From Perkinsus chesapeaki ATCC PRA-425 (Eukaryota; Protista; Perkinsozoa): DNA of 64,000 nucleotides. Positions within the stretch are counted from its first letter, which is position 1. Each line of letters begins with the position of its first letter. Under the pieces are notes generated by a model. That model was not told the origin of the DNA. It worked only from the letters and a program-made list of their open reading frames with translations, and ran no database searches. Location of the stretch: assembly GCA_013115145.1 (NCBI GenBank), contig JAAPAO010000002.1:198042-262041 (forward strand), written 5' to 3'. Shown here piece after piece: positions 53,244 through 64,000 of this stretch. Both the position numbers and the translations under genes were made by a program.

Positions 53244-55688
53244 ATGACACTTATGGGGAAGCGGTTCAAAGTACGCAGGCTAGGCTCTTTATCTGAGTAT
53301 GTGGCTGCCATGGGTGAAGAGTATCCCAAAACAGCTTGGAACGTTGGCGGTATCATTGAGCTCGAGCCATCCGGTAGGTCCGACTATCATGAAGGCTCCA
53401 TTCAGGACTGTTGTTTTCCAGTGGTTCCAGTTAGTCGACGGGAACTAGCGAGCACTCTCAAAACTCACCTGGTGTGCAAACGGACTGCGTACACTCTTGA
53501 AGAATGACTACGCGTGTTAGCGAAACTCAGGTTCCGATCGAGGTTGTGCTGTTCTGAGAAAGCTCGACTAGGCGTCGAGCATCACTACTGGATGGAGGAT
53601 CTGGGCGAGGCATTTGACCCCATCGATGTCATAACCGAAGTCGATGGAGGTACGCTATTCCCATCCCCCTTCCATTGTTATCGCAGATTCGGTGTATCCT
53701 ACATTCTCCGATCGCGGATCGGTCACTCCTGTAGAGGCCATGCTTGAAAACTGCGTACAGGATTCATTCGATAGGTCACTCCCGCCGTGGAGAGTTTTCA
53801 TGGTACTACTGTATAAGTTTATTTCGCGCCTATTCCCTGTATTTCTAGGTGCATGAGCGCCTGCTCGAGCACGGTCGAGTAGCGACTCGAACGACTTTAG
53901 TTTTCAAACTCCATCACGTGCTCGGTGACGGCTTCTCCTTGATGAACGCTCTCTTGGATACCACCACTTGTCTTGATAAGAATTCCCATCACCCTAATCA
54001 AGTGTCTCATTGGAGGCCTCGCTCAATGGCTGCTGATATTCTCTCGTACGCTACGGAATTGCCGCAGCTTCTCCATAATCTCGTATGGTTGTTTGCCTCC
54101 TTAGACTACGCTGGATTGCTTTTTGGATACTTATGATACCAGTGGCCTTGATTAAGCTATCCTATGGCTACTTGAGAAGCGACTCGCGCACTCCTTTTCA
54201 TCCGAGAGGTGAACTCCGCGGAGATCGACAGGCAAGCCTCCCGGGTATGGTTTAGGCCATCCATGAAGCTTCTAGGTCCGGTTTTGCTCGGCCATACCTC
54301 TGGATCGTGTCAAGTTGCTCTGTAATTCTCTACATGTAACAGTCAACGATTTCATAATAGCTATCATGGCTGGGGCATCCCGGCGGTATCTGACCAGCGA
54401 AACCAAAGTAAGGCTTCAAGAGTCTCTACCATAGTCGTCCAACAATAACACGATGTTGATCGGGAGTGTTGGGTGAGGACTATCCACCCGCCCGCACGCC
54501 AGTAGTGCAACGCACTCTCAGTGAAGGCTATGAATGGATAATCACATTATCCTCCCTGACAGTTGAGCTCAGGAGGTAATGTCTCCCCATCAACAACAAC
54601 AACAACAACAAAAAAAAACAAACACGCGAGGCCGTGGTAGAACGAACATCCCGAGGCAATTCGGGCCTACGATGCTACCACAAGGCGACGGTTTCGTGAG
54701 AAAACGCGCACGCCACACTCCCTCGCGACGATGACCGCTCCCTTGAACTTGTTCTCAATTCTTGATAACTACCCTTAAACTTCCTCTCTGATAAGTTAAG
54801 TGGCTTAATCGATGCCAACTCGGGCCGGACGTGGCTGTTTTCACCTTTCCTGTTCCTACTTCAGCTGCCGAAGGCAGAAATCGATCGTCTGGATCTTGAG
54901 CTCGGTTTCACGGCTAATCTGCGGACAGGGTCGAAGATATTCGCCAAGCAACGAAACTACTCTATCATGTTCGGAGTAAATCGCTTGTGCTGGAAAGAAC
55001 TATCGTGTATGGCCGCTTGTTTCAGATTCCTCTCCCCGTCGCCGAACCACATGCACTGGACCGAATTATTGCGGTACAGAATGCAACACAGAGGTTGAAG
55101 CGGTCACCTCTAATGATTGGTATGCTAAGTCCGTTCTGACACTTGAGCCGGACTGCGATTTCACCTTTCTTGTATCGGGAAATGGCTTTCGCTGTCCGCA
55201 TTGTACTCACAGGTGCGGTCCTATCTTACTTCGCCCTCTGGGCCTGCAACTGGCCCTTGCTAAGAACACTGACTATAACACGGCTTGTTGGGCCGAAGTA
55301 CAAGTCTGGGAAGTCCTGGTCATTGTCTAACGTACCGGGGCCCAGAATGCAGCGCGTCCTCTGTGGCCGAACAGTTGCGGCCCTCGTAGGATACATGAAC
55401 AATGCTAATGGGGTGGTTGCGGTCAGCTATCAGAACGAGGTGAGCCTCATTGCACGGAATTGGCCTTCAGCTCGTAAGTTGGAGATGAGCGATGTTCGGT
55501 CTCTCTTAGTTGAGACTTTCCATCCTGACTGATAAGGCTCACATCAACGCAGACGTAAGTTCACTCGCTGCTGTTTTGCTCCAGCCTACAGCGTATGTAT
55601 CTTTGGTTTATAGGCACTGCGAGGATACTTCGAAGAGGAGATCAATTCCCTGCTGTCCCTCACGCCGTGTAACAGTCCCCGCGACTAG
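53244..55688 (+). CDS. wax ester synthase/diacylglycerol acyltransferase (WS/DGAT, WSD1/AtfA-like)
   Basis: FDRSLPPWRVF, catalytic FKLHHVLGDGFSL (HHxxxDG, about 53912-53932), and C-terminal LSNVPGP...VSYQ (DUF1298-like). Confidence 0.85.
54591..54618 (+). repeat. intronic (CAA)n microsatellite running into a poly(A) tract
   Basis: caacaacaacaacaacaacaaaaaaaaa inside a short GT-AG intron of the WS/DGAT gene. Confidence 0.85.
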
Positions 55689-56127
55689 CGAGTCCTGTGG
55701 ATAAAGTTATTACCTAAGTTTTGTCACGTCCTAACCCGTCTACAGTAGTATCAACAGAAAACTTAGTTATGAATATGGCGGCCTTCGGCCCTTTTGCTAC
55801 ACGGAACTTCTTTGTTAGTCAATCAAGGGGCGTGCGGATGTGATAGGCAAGAAAGAGACAGCGCATTGATTCCCCTGTTGCCGGAGATCTCTCACCTCCC
55901 TAACATCACGCGTATCAATCCTGCAGAGACAGATACAACATCATGTACGCTGCTGGGTATGTAAAACGGACGGTCAATCAGGACAGATACTTGAGCGATT
56001 AGCTTTGATCAGAAAATCGCTCGCCAGAAAATCCGCGCAGCTCCGTGACGCTAGACTGTGAAACTCAAAAAAAGACATGTGAACAAATAACGCTACTCAA
56101 ACTTCGTTTTAGTCTCCCAATTTTTCT

Positions 56128-58108
56128 ATGAGAGCTATCGTTTACAGTGTAATCGCTACATTCGTTGCTGCAAGTGCGTACCGTTTCCCTGAGGAGGATC
56201 CGACCTACTACTGCCATCCTGAAATTGAGTGGTCTAGTGTCCCTCCGCGTAACGATGGCTCTGATGCTCATCTGGTACGAACATGCAAGTACATGCTGGT
56301 TATCCTCGTTTGGATTTGTATCTTTCAGGAACGAGTTCTCGTTTTTGCACGTCATGGTGCGCGCACACCCGTCCATGATATGACCTGCTGGGTTGGGGAT
56401 GAGACGAGGTAACGTTTTCCTCCCTGTTCTACTCGCAAGGAAACCGGCTCCTTTGGTCATTTCTGGTGTGTTCAGATATACTTGCCCAACTGAGACGTTT
56501 TACGGCTTTGTTAACAGCCCTTCAGGAGGGTATTCTCCGGGCTTCGCTCGGATTCGTGGCAAGAGAGGGGTATTACCAGGGGACAACTGCATATTAGGTA
56601 GGCAAGTCTGCTACTGTTCCCTATTGGCCTCACCTAACCCACAGGTCAGCTTGTCGATGCTGGTGTGCAAATGCATTTGGCCAATGGAAAGCAATTGGGC
56701 GCAGCCTACAAGGACGCCCTAGGATTGGATGACGTAAGTTTTGTCGGAGCTTCTGACGGATGGCAATCGAGACTGTTGCTTGACTTGCAGTTACCGAGCG
56801 AACCCCAGGTTATGTTCCGTTCAACAGATGTTCCTAGAGTCTTCGAAAGTACCGAGGCTTTTGCTATGGGTATGTTCCCAGAAATAATGAGTGGTGAGTG
56901 AATCGCATAGTATACTGTATATAGGGTTTGTTTCTTCCAGAGGGGCCATCTAACCTCAGCATCATTATTCCCGACACTGAAAGAGACTCGATGACTCCAA
57001 GTGCTGAGGTAGTCTGACTACCGTAGTCACTCTCGTTGATCACTCTTGCGTCCCGGTTTACGAGATCACTCAGGTCTGTCCTCGTCTGAATGACGCGTTG
57101 GATACTTTTTACGACTCTGATGAGGCCAAGGACCGTGTCCAGAGATCGACGTTCGAACGCGCATTCATGGGTTTCGTGACTGGTCGGCCGGATGACTTCA
57201 GCTCGAACGACCCAAGAGATATGGAGCCACTTTACTCTGGCCTCTATGTAAGTCTAATATCACAATAATCGCTGCTTATTCATCGTTTTGGTTCTGCATA
57301 GGACTGTATGACCAGCCATGTATGCTCAACTGTGCCAAGCGAACCTAAGAATGTTCCGCTGGGACTTGGAACTTCTAGTCCGCTTTTCGAGCGAGTCGAG
57401 GAAGATGCGACGTAGGACATTATCGGGTGTATTGCTGTTTTCGTTACGTATCCCTGTATACTAGGTTCTGGCTGAACAATCGCTATGGCACCACTGAGGA
57501 GCTCCGTAGGCTTGCTTATGGCCCGCTGATCGGAGTAAGTCTGGCGCATCGTTGAAGGCACTCTGTGCCTGGCAAGGAACGCTGCATGGTGTGATTAGTA
57601 GTGGAGGATTTTATGTGTTTCAGGACATCCTTGATGACTTGAGCGTGCCCGAGCGAAGGTTCTCCCTGTATCTTGGCCATGATACTGGCCCGGCTAACTC
57701 TCTGACTGATACCCTTCAACTCAAGTGTAAGAGACAAGCGATATTTCGTCGTCTCTATTTTTGGTGTTGCAGGGATGGATTCTGGAAATGCCTGTGCGAA
57801 GTACTGGCCACCTTTCGGCACCTTGTTGGTGTTAGAAGTATACTCTGACAACCAGGCTCGGTGGATTTACAATGGCCGAGTAGCTTCGGTTGAGGCTATC
57901 GATGAGTGCCGCGGCAGGTGAGATTTTCGATGGACGGTGAGCCGTCACGGCTCCGGCCTCACGACTATCATATTTTCGTTCCGTTTTCAGGTCTCTTTGT
58001 AACTACGACTCCCTATATGACTACCTATCGACTGTAGTCCCTAATGAATACGAATGCAAAGGGATTCCGGAACTGAAGCACGGTGACTTCCGCGGGTTCA
58101 CGCACTGA
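56128..58108 (+). CDS. secreted or lysosomal histidine acid phosphatase
   Basis: Signal peptide MRAIVYSVIATFVAASA; RHGARTP catalytic motif; LGHD proton-donor motif; PFGTLLVLEVY. Confidence 0.92.
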
Positions 58109-58689
58109 GCGGTGCTATTTATCCCGTTTATGTAACTTGCCATTATGGCAGACCTGGTATCGAACCTCTTGTACATACGTTTATATGTGTTTCTCATACT
58201 TTATGTTTAGCCCGTCAGCCGACTGCTGGAAATTTTTCCCACATTTTATGTTGCGTTTGATACTCGAGTAACGCGATTCATACTAGTGAGGTGTTTTACC
58301 GAGTCAGAAAGCTCTTGTAATGAGATTTTATCAGTTTTACTCTCTTTACTTACAGGTGTAGTCGAGGATGTAGCTTCAGATGGTGAACACAATACTCATG
58401 CTTGGGGGGGCACATCCGAGGCTGGGTACCTCTTCGTTCCCAAGGGATCTAGTATCGCTGAATTTGTGACTATTGAGGCGGCTGAATTTGGCCGAAGGGC
58501 CTTCGGCGAATGCATAGCATATCGATACTAGTGATATCATACAGTATGTCAATCCAGTTATACATCTTCATATGCAGTAGTGCTTCCCGCTATGTTCCAT
58601 TTCGTTATCGCTTTTTTACATCCATGCAAGCTGAGCACTAGAACCCCACAGATGGAATATCGACGATAAATCATTTGCCCTCGCACAGT

Positions 58690-61482
58690 GAAGATCATGC
58701 GATCAGAGGTGGGACAGCCAATCCGCTTGGCAAGCTTCGTATCCTGGTACGTAGCTCCGTGTTACGTAACGCTTCCCGTTCATTTTCCTTCTGTCGTCTA
58801 GCTTGTTCTAACCGCTTTGCTACCTCGTAATCCAGTACCTACATTCGAATATGCTTACTCTCTCCTGCATCCAACTAGGATGACAAGGTAACCTCTTACT
58901 TTCTTAGACCTTGCGGCCCTGGCATTCTCGTCTCGAGTCCGCTCTCTATCGAAACGCACTGCTGCATTCTTCTCCCTGCGTTCCAGTTCCTCTGCTTTCC
59001 ACGCTTGTACTGAAGGATGAAATTCATTCTAATAAGCCTTCGTGAGGCGAACCAGAAGTTACATCGTCTAACTTCCTCCATCTCCCTATATTTCATGCTT
59101 TTCTGAAGCGTTGCCCGAGCATCCTGCTCGTGTTTCTCATTTGACACATTCCTCTCTTTACGCCTATCCTCTCGCCTTATGTCGTCCACGAATCTGAGTG
59201 AGATACGTGCGGCACCCTGTATGTGCTCCACGGTGGAGCCTAAACCACGTACCTTTTGCGTTCAGGGCAAGCAGGGTCCTCGGCGGCCTTACTTTCAAGC
59301 TCAGGACCGTTGTCAACTGGTGATTCAACATCCTCTCCGGGATCATCCTACACTTAGAACAATGAGCAAGGCAGTGTTGAAGGTCGCAGCTACCCCAGCG
59401 CTTTCGGGGAAGAGGAAGCTATCTACCGCGCTCTGCTGCGTTTCCTTGAGCCACGCCTGCTCTCGGACTCGACGCTGTCTATTCTCCAACTTTAGCTCAG
59501 TGTTCCGCTGCCTCGAAGCTTCGACTGCTGCCAGTCGTTCTTTTTCGCGAGCGCGTTCGCGTGCAGCAGATCGAGCAGCCTCTAATTTCTCCTCCCTTCG
59601 GAGCTTGTTGGCCGCTTCCCGTTCAGCTTCTTCGCGTAAAGAAGCCTCCTTGACGTCCTGTCACACCGCCATATTAAAAGATATCAGTCGTTAAGCTCAC
59701 TTCTATGACTCGCTTCCTCTCCCGCTGTCGACGATATCGCTCTCGAGTAGCCTCGTTATTTACGCGAGACTCCTCGACACGCTCCTGCAGCACCGGAGCG
59801 CGTGACCATTGCATCACACTTGCATCATATCGTACCCAAGCGCTTTCTTTATCCTCCTTGGCAACAGCTCGGTCATGGCATTCCAGCTCCAACGTTTGAA
59901 TTCGTTTCTTGCGCAATTCTGCCAAGTGTTGAGTGTGACGTGTCTATGTGCGTATTTCACCAGGCTGACATCTAATTGATGTGTTACCTGGATATCGATC
60001 TGACGCTGCCGCTCATCCGCGATTTTCTTGCTAATCTGTTTCAACATATTAGCGCGTTGCAAGTTGACCTTTGTTGAAACAAGATGTAGGATTCGAGAAG
60101 CCAGGTATTTGCCTACCTCAGCCCTGCGGGCGTCCAGGGTCACCTTACGTTCGAGCTCCCTGGCCCGTTGCTCACGAAGTCTGGACTCTTTGAACTGAGA
60201 ATATACTTGTGTTTCCCCCAAATGCGCGGAAGGTATTTTCACGGTGTTGTACCGCAACAAGGGCGAGTTATACTTACTTGTTGCCGTCCTTGGGCATTCT
60301 CCGTTCGTATCTGCCGATCCTTCTCAGCGGCCATTTTCTCTCTGAGTAGCCGGCGAACCTGAGCGGTGATTCTGGTTCTTCGCTGAGACCCATCCGCCTA
60401 CTTCTTCTTGTTGTTTCTTCTTCATCAACTTCTCCAACTCTCCCACAAGCTGTGTCCTGTTTGTAGACTCAGCTTTGTACTTTAGAGCCTTCTGCTGCAT
60501 AAGCTTGTTCTCTAGCTGCATCTAAATAAGTCCCCTTCGTCCGGAGTAATGATAGCAGGCTGCGAACCTTTGCTAATCGGGTGGCTCGATCCTCGTCGAG
60601 CTTGATCAACCTTTGCTCTGCCTTCAGCTGCTCTAACTGTCGCTTACTTTGCACGTCCGCCAAAAACTGAGCGCTCAGAGTCGCTGGACTATGACAACGG
60701 TCGTTTGCACCCGACCTGCTTGCGAACCCCTTCGCTTTTCATCATATTCACGTGAAGACCCGACTCGTCCATCTTAAGCAACTCTTTCTGGAGCTGTTGC
60801 CTAACGATGAGGACCAAGTTTATCGAGCTAATTTATCGATAAGGATGTCACCTAAGCGCGGGATCCAGCTTTGAACCTTCAGCATGCGGAGCAGCCGAGT
60901 CATGCGTGGAATCTAGGCTCACGAATGAAGCAAGCGTTGCTGGGGGTACTGCCTACTCTTCTGCGTCTCTGAGCTGCTTCCTTTGGATGGCTTCGCTTCA
61001 TCGACCATGTCCACTTCTCCGATCGCTGTTGGTTCTGGGGCGAGACAAAGCACCTGAAAGAGGCTTAAGCAAGGACAGAACGTCGCTGGTGGGCACCTTG
61101 TTGCCGAGGTAGTCCTGAACTACGAAATCTAGTCTTTCGATGACCCAGTGGTATCTAGCGTCGGTATTGTTGGGGTTCATCAACTCTGCATTGAACCTGT
61201 ACGCAGATAATCATTAACCGAAGCTCGAGACCGCCTGCCTGAAGAGCTCATCAAAATCCGAGTAGGTGTAAGTAAGAGTGTATGTCAGGTCCTTCTCCAG
61301 CTCGTAAGCAGCAAAGTGTATCCTCGAGACTTCGGGGTCGTCATAGACAGACACAATGTAGTATCTGCCCAAAGCGGTGAAACCCAAGGCTCGTCCGAAA
61401 AAGTCGATGCTTACTCTCCTTCAACTTTCTTGCCTTCCTGGAAGACCAGGTCACCAGCTAGATCAGATGGTCGGCGTGCCAT
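58690..61482 (-). CDS. long charged coiled-coil (trichohyalin-like) protein with an N-terminal globular domain
   Basis: Spliced N-terminus MARRPSDLAGDLVFQEGKKVEGEYYIVSVYDDPEVSRIHFAAYELEKDLTYTLTYTYSDFDELFR|FNAELMNPNNTDARYHWVIERLDF, then many R/E/K-rich exons. The 3' end is approximate. Confidence 0.65.
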
Positions 61483-61937
61483 AGCCGAAAGGAAGAGTGA
61501 TTTACGTATAACTGCTTAATCCCCGAATAATTGTGAGAACACCAGAGCACTCGTCTTATAACAGTAATAAATATACCTCATTGTGCAAGGGTGAATCGGG
61601 ATTACAAGTGTGAGGATTTCCCATGAATAGTCATTGAAGCCTCGGCTTTCTTGAAGAAAGTTTCTTCTCACTGAGAGTCCGAACATGTGGGCGCGTGGCT
61701 CAGAGTTCCCCAGAGATGGTACGACTGAGGAGGCCTTCGAGCTCAATATGGCACCTGATTGAGACAGATAACGCGGTGCTGCTTTCACGGGTGAAATCGA
61801 ATGACAAACTAGCGGACAAACTCTATCGAATCTGCTGACATATGGGTGAGTGGTCGACTACATCCCGACGATCGTATGTTCAGCAACAGTATTCTATCCC
61901 AGATTTTCTTGGCAATTGCATCTATGGCTGCTACTTC

Positions 61938-63493
61938 TTACCGCTTAGCGTATTCAAGGCCGTGACGCAGTCCCATTTGATACACAAGAACCATGACAAT
62001 GCATACCAAGAGCATGATCAAGACGAACACCGTTATCGATAAGAAGGCCTCTTTTTGGAGAGCAAGCGCGGTCCTGATAGCGAGAATAGCAGGCAAGTAG
62101 ATGTATGAGCGTTCCCGACCTGTGCGCTGCTACGTTCTCCACTTGCGGTATCCCTTCCGTACACTCAAATGGTAACTCTAGCGCATTCGTCACCATGGCA
62201 GGGGGGTCTACTACATCTGTCACTTTCTCCTTTACGAGTGGAGACGACTCTCGCACAGTGCCTCTGTCTACGGCTGCATCATCGTATTCTCCGGAGTGAT
62301 AATCCCCCCGACTCCAGTCGAGATCGAACGCACTCTCATACCTAATCCTAGCTAGATAATCAATGCCTTTACCATATTTTACATAGTCTGTATACCACTT
62401 CCTGTTCTATGCCTTCCTCTCGACTCTGAATCATTAGAAACTTAACAGGTGACCAGGTAATGTCACTTACTCCCTCCTACATGAATTGGCCTCGTCTCGT
62501 TTGGGGTAGTTGAGTCCGCTTCGTCCGAGAGCGACTGAAAGGTGCATATGTGGTGAAGATCAATTTTGACTGCTTACATCCTCGTCACTGCTGTCTCCAA
62601 CACATAAAGATATCCTGCGGGTTTCCCTCGGATGTCCGTGGCTGCGTTTCTTGTTAGAGCTCGGCGTTCGACCACCTGTCGTGAGGTCTATAAGGTACTT
62701 CAAAGAATGGCAAGGTTTCAACTATTGACCCGGATTATTGGAAACGCGTGCGTTAGTTACCTTCGCTGCGTGCTAATCGAGGGCTGAAGTCCTCATTCAT
62801 TCGACCACCAGAAGGAGATGCGTCGGCACTTAAGGAGCTGAATGAAGAGACAGCATAGTGCGGAGACGGCGTCGAACCGTTAGCCTTGAAGTGACAGGTC
62901 CGATGTTGGCCTAATGTTTGGTGTCAGAAGAAAAGCCAAAAGTAGTCGACAAATAAACATTGCGGCCCGCAATCCGTTCTACATGCGGACTTCGCATTGC
63001 ACATTTTCGCATGCGAAACGTCCATTGATGATTTCCATGAGCGATACCCGACTTCACCTAGTGTCACGAAACATATCATCGATGCTGTTCCGTACTATTG
63101 ATCTTCGCCGTAAAAAGTCTCGAGTCGTTGCACAAGAATCGATTGTTCCCAGGCCTCCGTGAACGATTTTCGTTTCGATCATTGCCACCTTAGATCGAAC
63201 CTACTAGCAACTACTGCACTCCTTTACAGCTTGCTCTATAAGGGTATGTGTTACCAGTTACGTACCGTTTCTAGTTCGTCTACAGATGTCGAGGTTATTT
63301 CATCTTCGTCATCACCCGTGCAGAACGACCATGCTTCATTTTGAAGTACATCATTCGTGTGTCGCGTTGACTCTTCAATTGTACAATTGGGAATACGTTC
63401 CAGTTTCCGAAGCACTGATGTTGAACCAGGAGTCTGCGGGCTTAGAGAGTCATTGTTAAGGCGGTAGGGGGAGTCAATAGACTCCATTGCCAC
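61938..63493 (-). CDS. hypothetical protein with a C-terminal transmembrane anchor
   Basis: The last exon ends TVFVLIMLLVCIVMVLVYQMGLRHGLEYAKR*. Upstream Ser/acidic exons; the start is assumed from ORF 63251-63493. Confidence 0.45.
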
Positions 63494-63651
63494 CCTTAGA
63501 GAGATTTCCAGTGACCCAAACGATTGTGCGTCAAAGGCCGATTATGTGTGATTTATTCCGTATTCGTAATAAATTGCGCGGTCATAACCGTTGATAACGT
63601 ATTGCTGTTACCGTGCTGCTACGTCACGCGGTAGCGCACATAGCGACCTCG

Positions 63652-64000
63652 ATGTCCTGCAACGAGAAGTCGTCGGAAGAGAATCGTAAGGGAAAGACTC
63701 TATTTATAAAAGCTGGACGCAAAGAGAGCAACGAAACCGGGGCAAAGGCTAAATGTGATCCAGCCGAGGACGAAGTACGGACGAAGTTGGATCAAGTAGA
63801 GGCGATAGACGTGACGTGTGATTTGAACGGTTGCTAATAGGTATTGGTGACTATGAGGGAAGCTGATCAAGCTAAAGATGGCAGGCTCCGTGTCCCTAGA
63901 GGTTTGAACTCATTAGCAAAGGCACCTGAGATGGTACCGTGGCTACTCAATCTTGTGGAGTACGAACGACATAGCATTCTCCGAAGATACAATTTGCCTT
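63652..64000 (+). CDS. hypothetical protein, 5' partial, running off the window
   Basis: Charged open exon MSCNEKSSEENRKGK...; no motif. Confidence 0.3.

Noticed and set aside
54591-54618. (CAA)n plus poly(A) as a possible retroelement tail
   Set aside because: It sits in a short intron with no target-site duplication or element body; an ordinary microsatellite.

Overview
Eukaryotic nuclear DNA: gene-dense, about 48-50% GC, with many short (about 45-60 nt) GT-AG introns, so the ORF track shows only exon fragments. This organisation and the gene content suggest an alveolate, most likely Perkinsus (inference; no search run). Genes reconstructed by eye across introns: a TBC1D22/GYP1 Rab-GAP, a roughly 7 kb Slo/BK-type K+ channel, PIG-A, a sestrin homologue, tubulin cofactor B, katanin p60, a Nup42/NUPL2 FG-nucleoporin, CCZ1, a MAP2K, an LMBR1-family membrane protein, a DUF1336/EDR2-like protein, WDR12/YTM1, an actin-related protein, a WS/DGAT acyltransferase and a histidine acid phosphatase, plus several putative mitochondrial, secreted or hypothetical proteins. 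No rRNA, tRNA, spliced-leader RNA gene, CRISPR array or autonomous transposon was recognised. The most unusual items are an intronless 605-aa protein with seven 45-52 aa SNVNP...TFPTK...PLP.D..SPFD(D/E)xF repeats that I cannot assign to a family, a protist sestrin with a partly conserved active site and leucine pocket, a secreted protein with a lipobox-like signal, and palindromic motifs in two divergent promoters. Exon boundaries and the outer ends of multi-exon genes are hand-derived and approximate.
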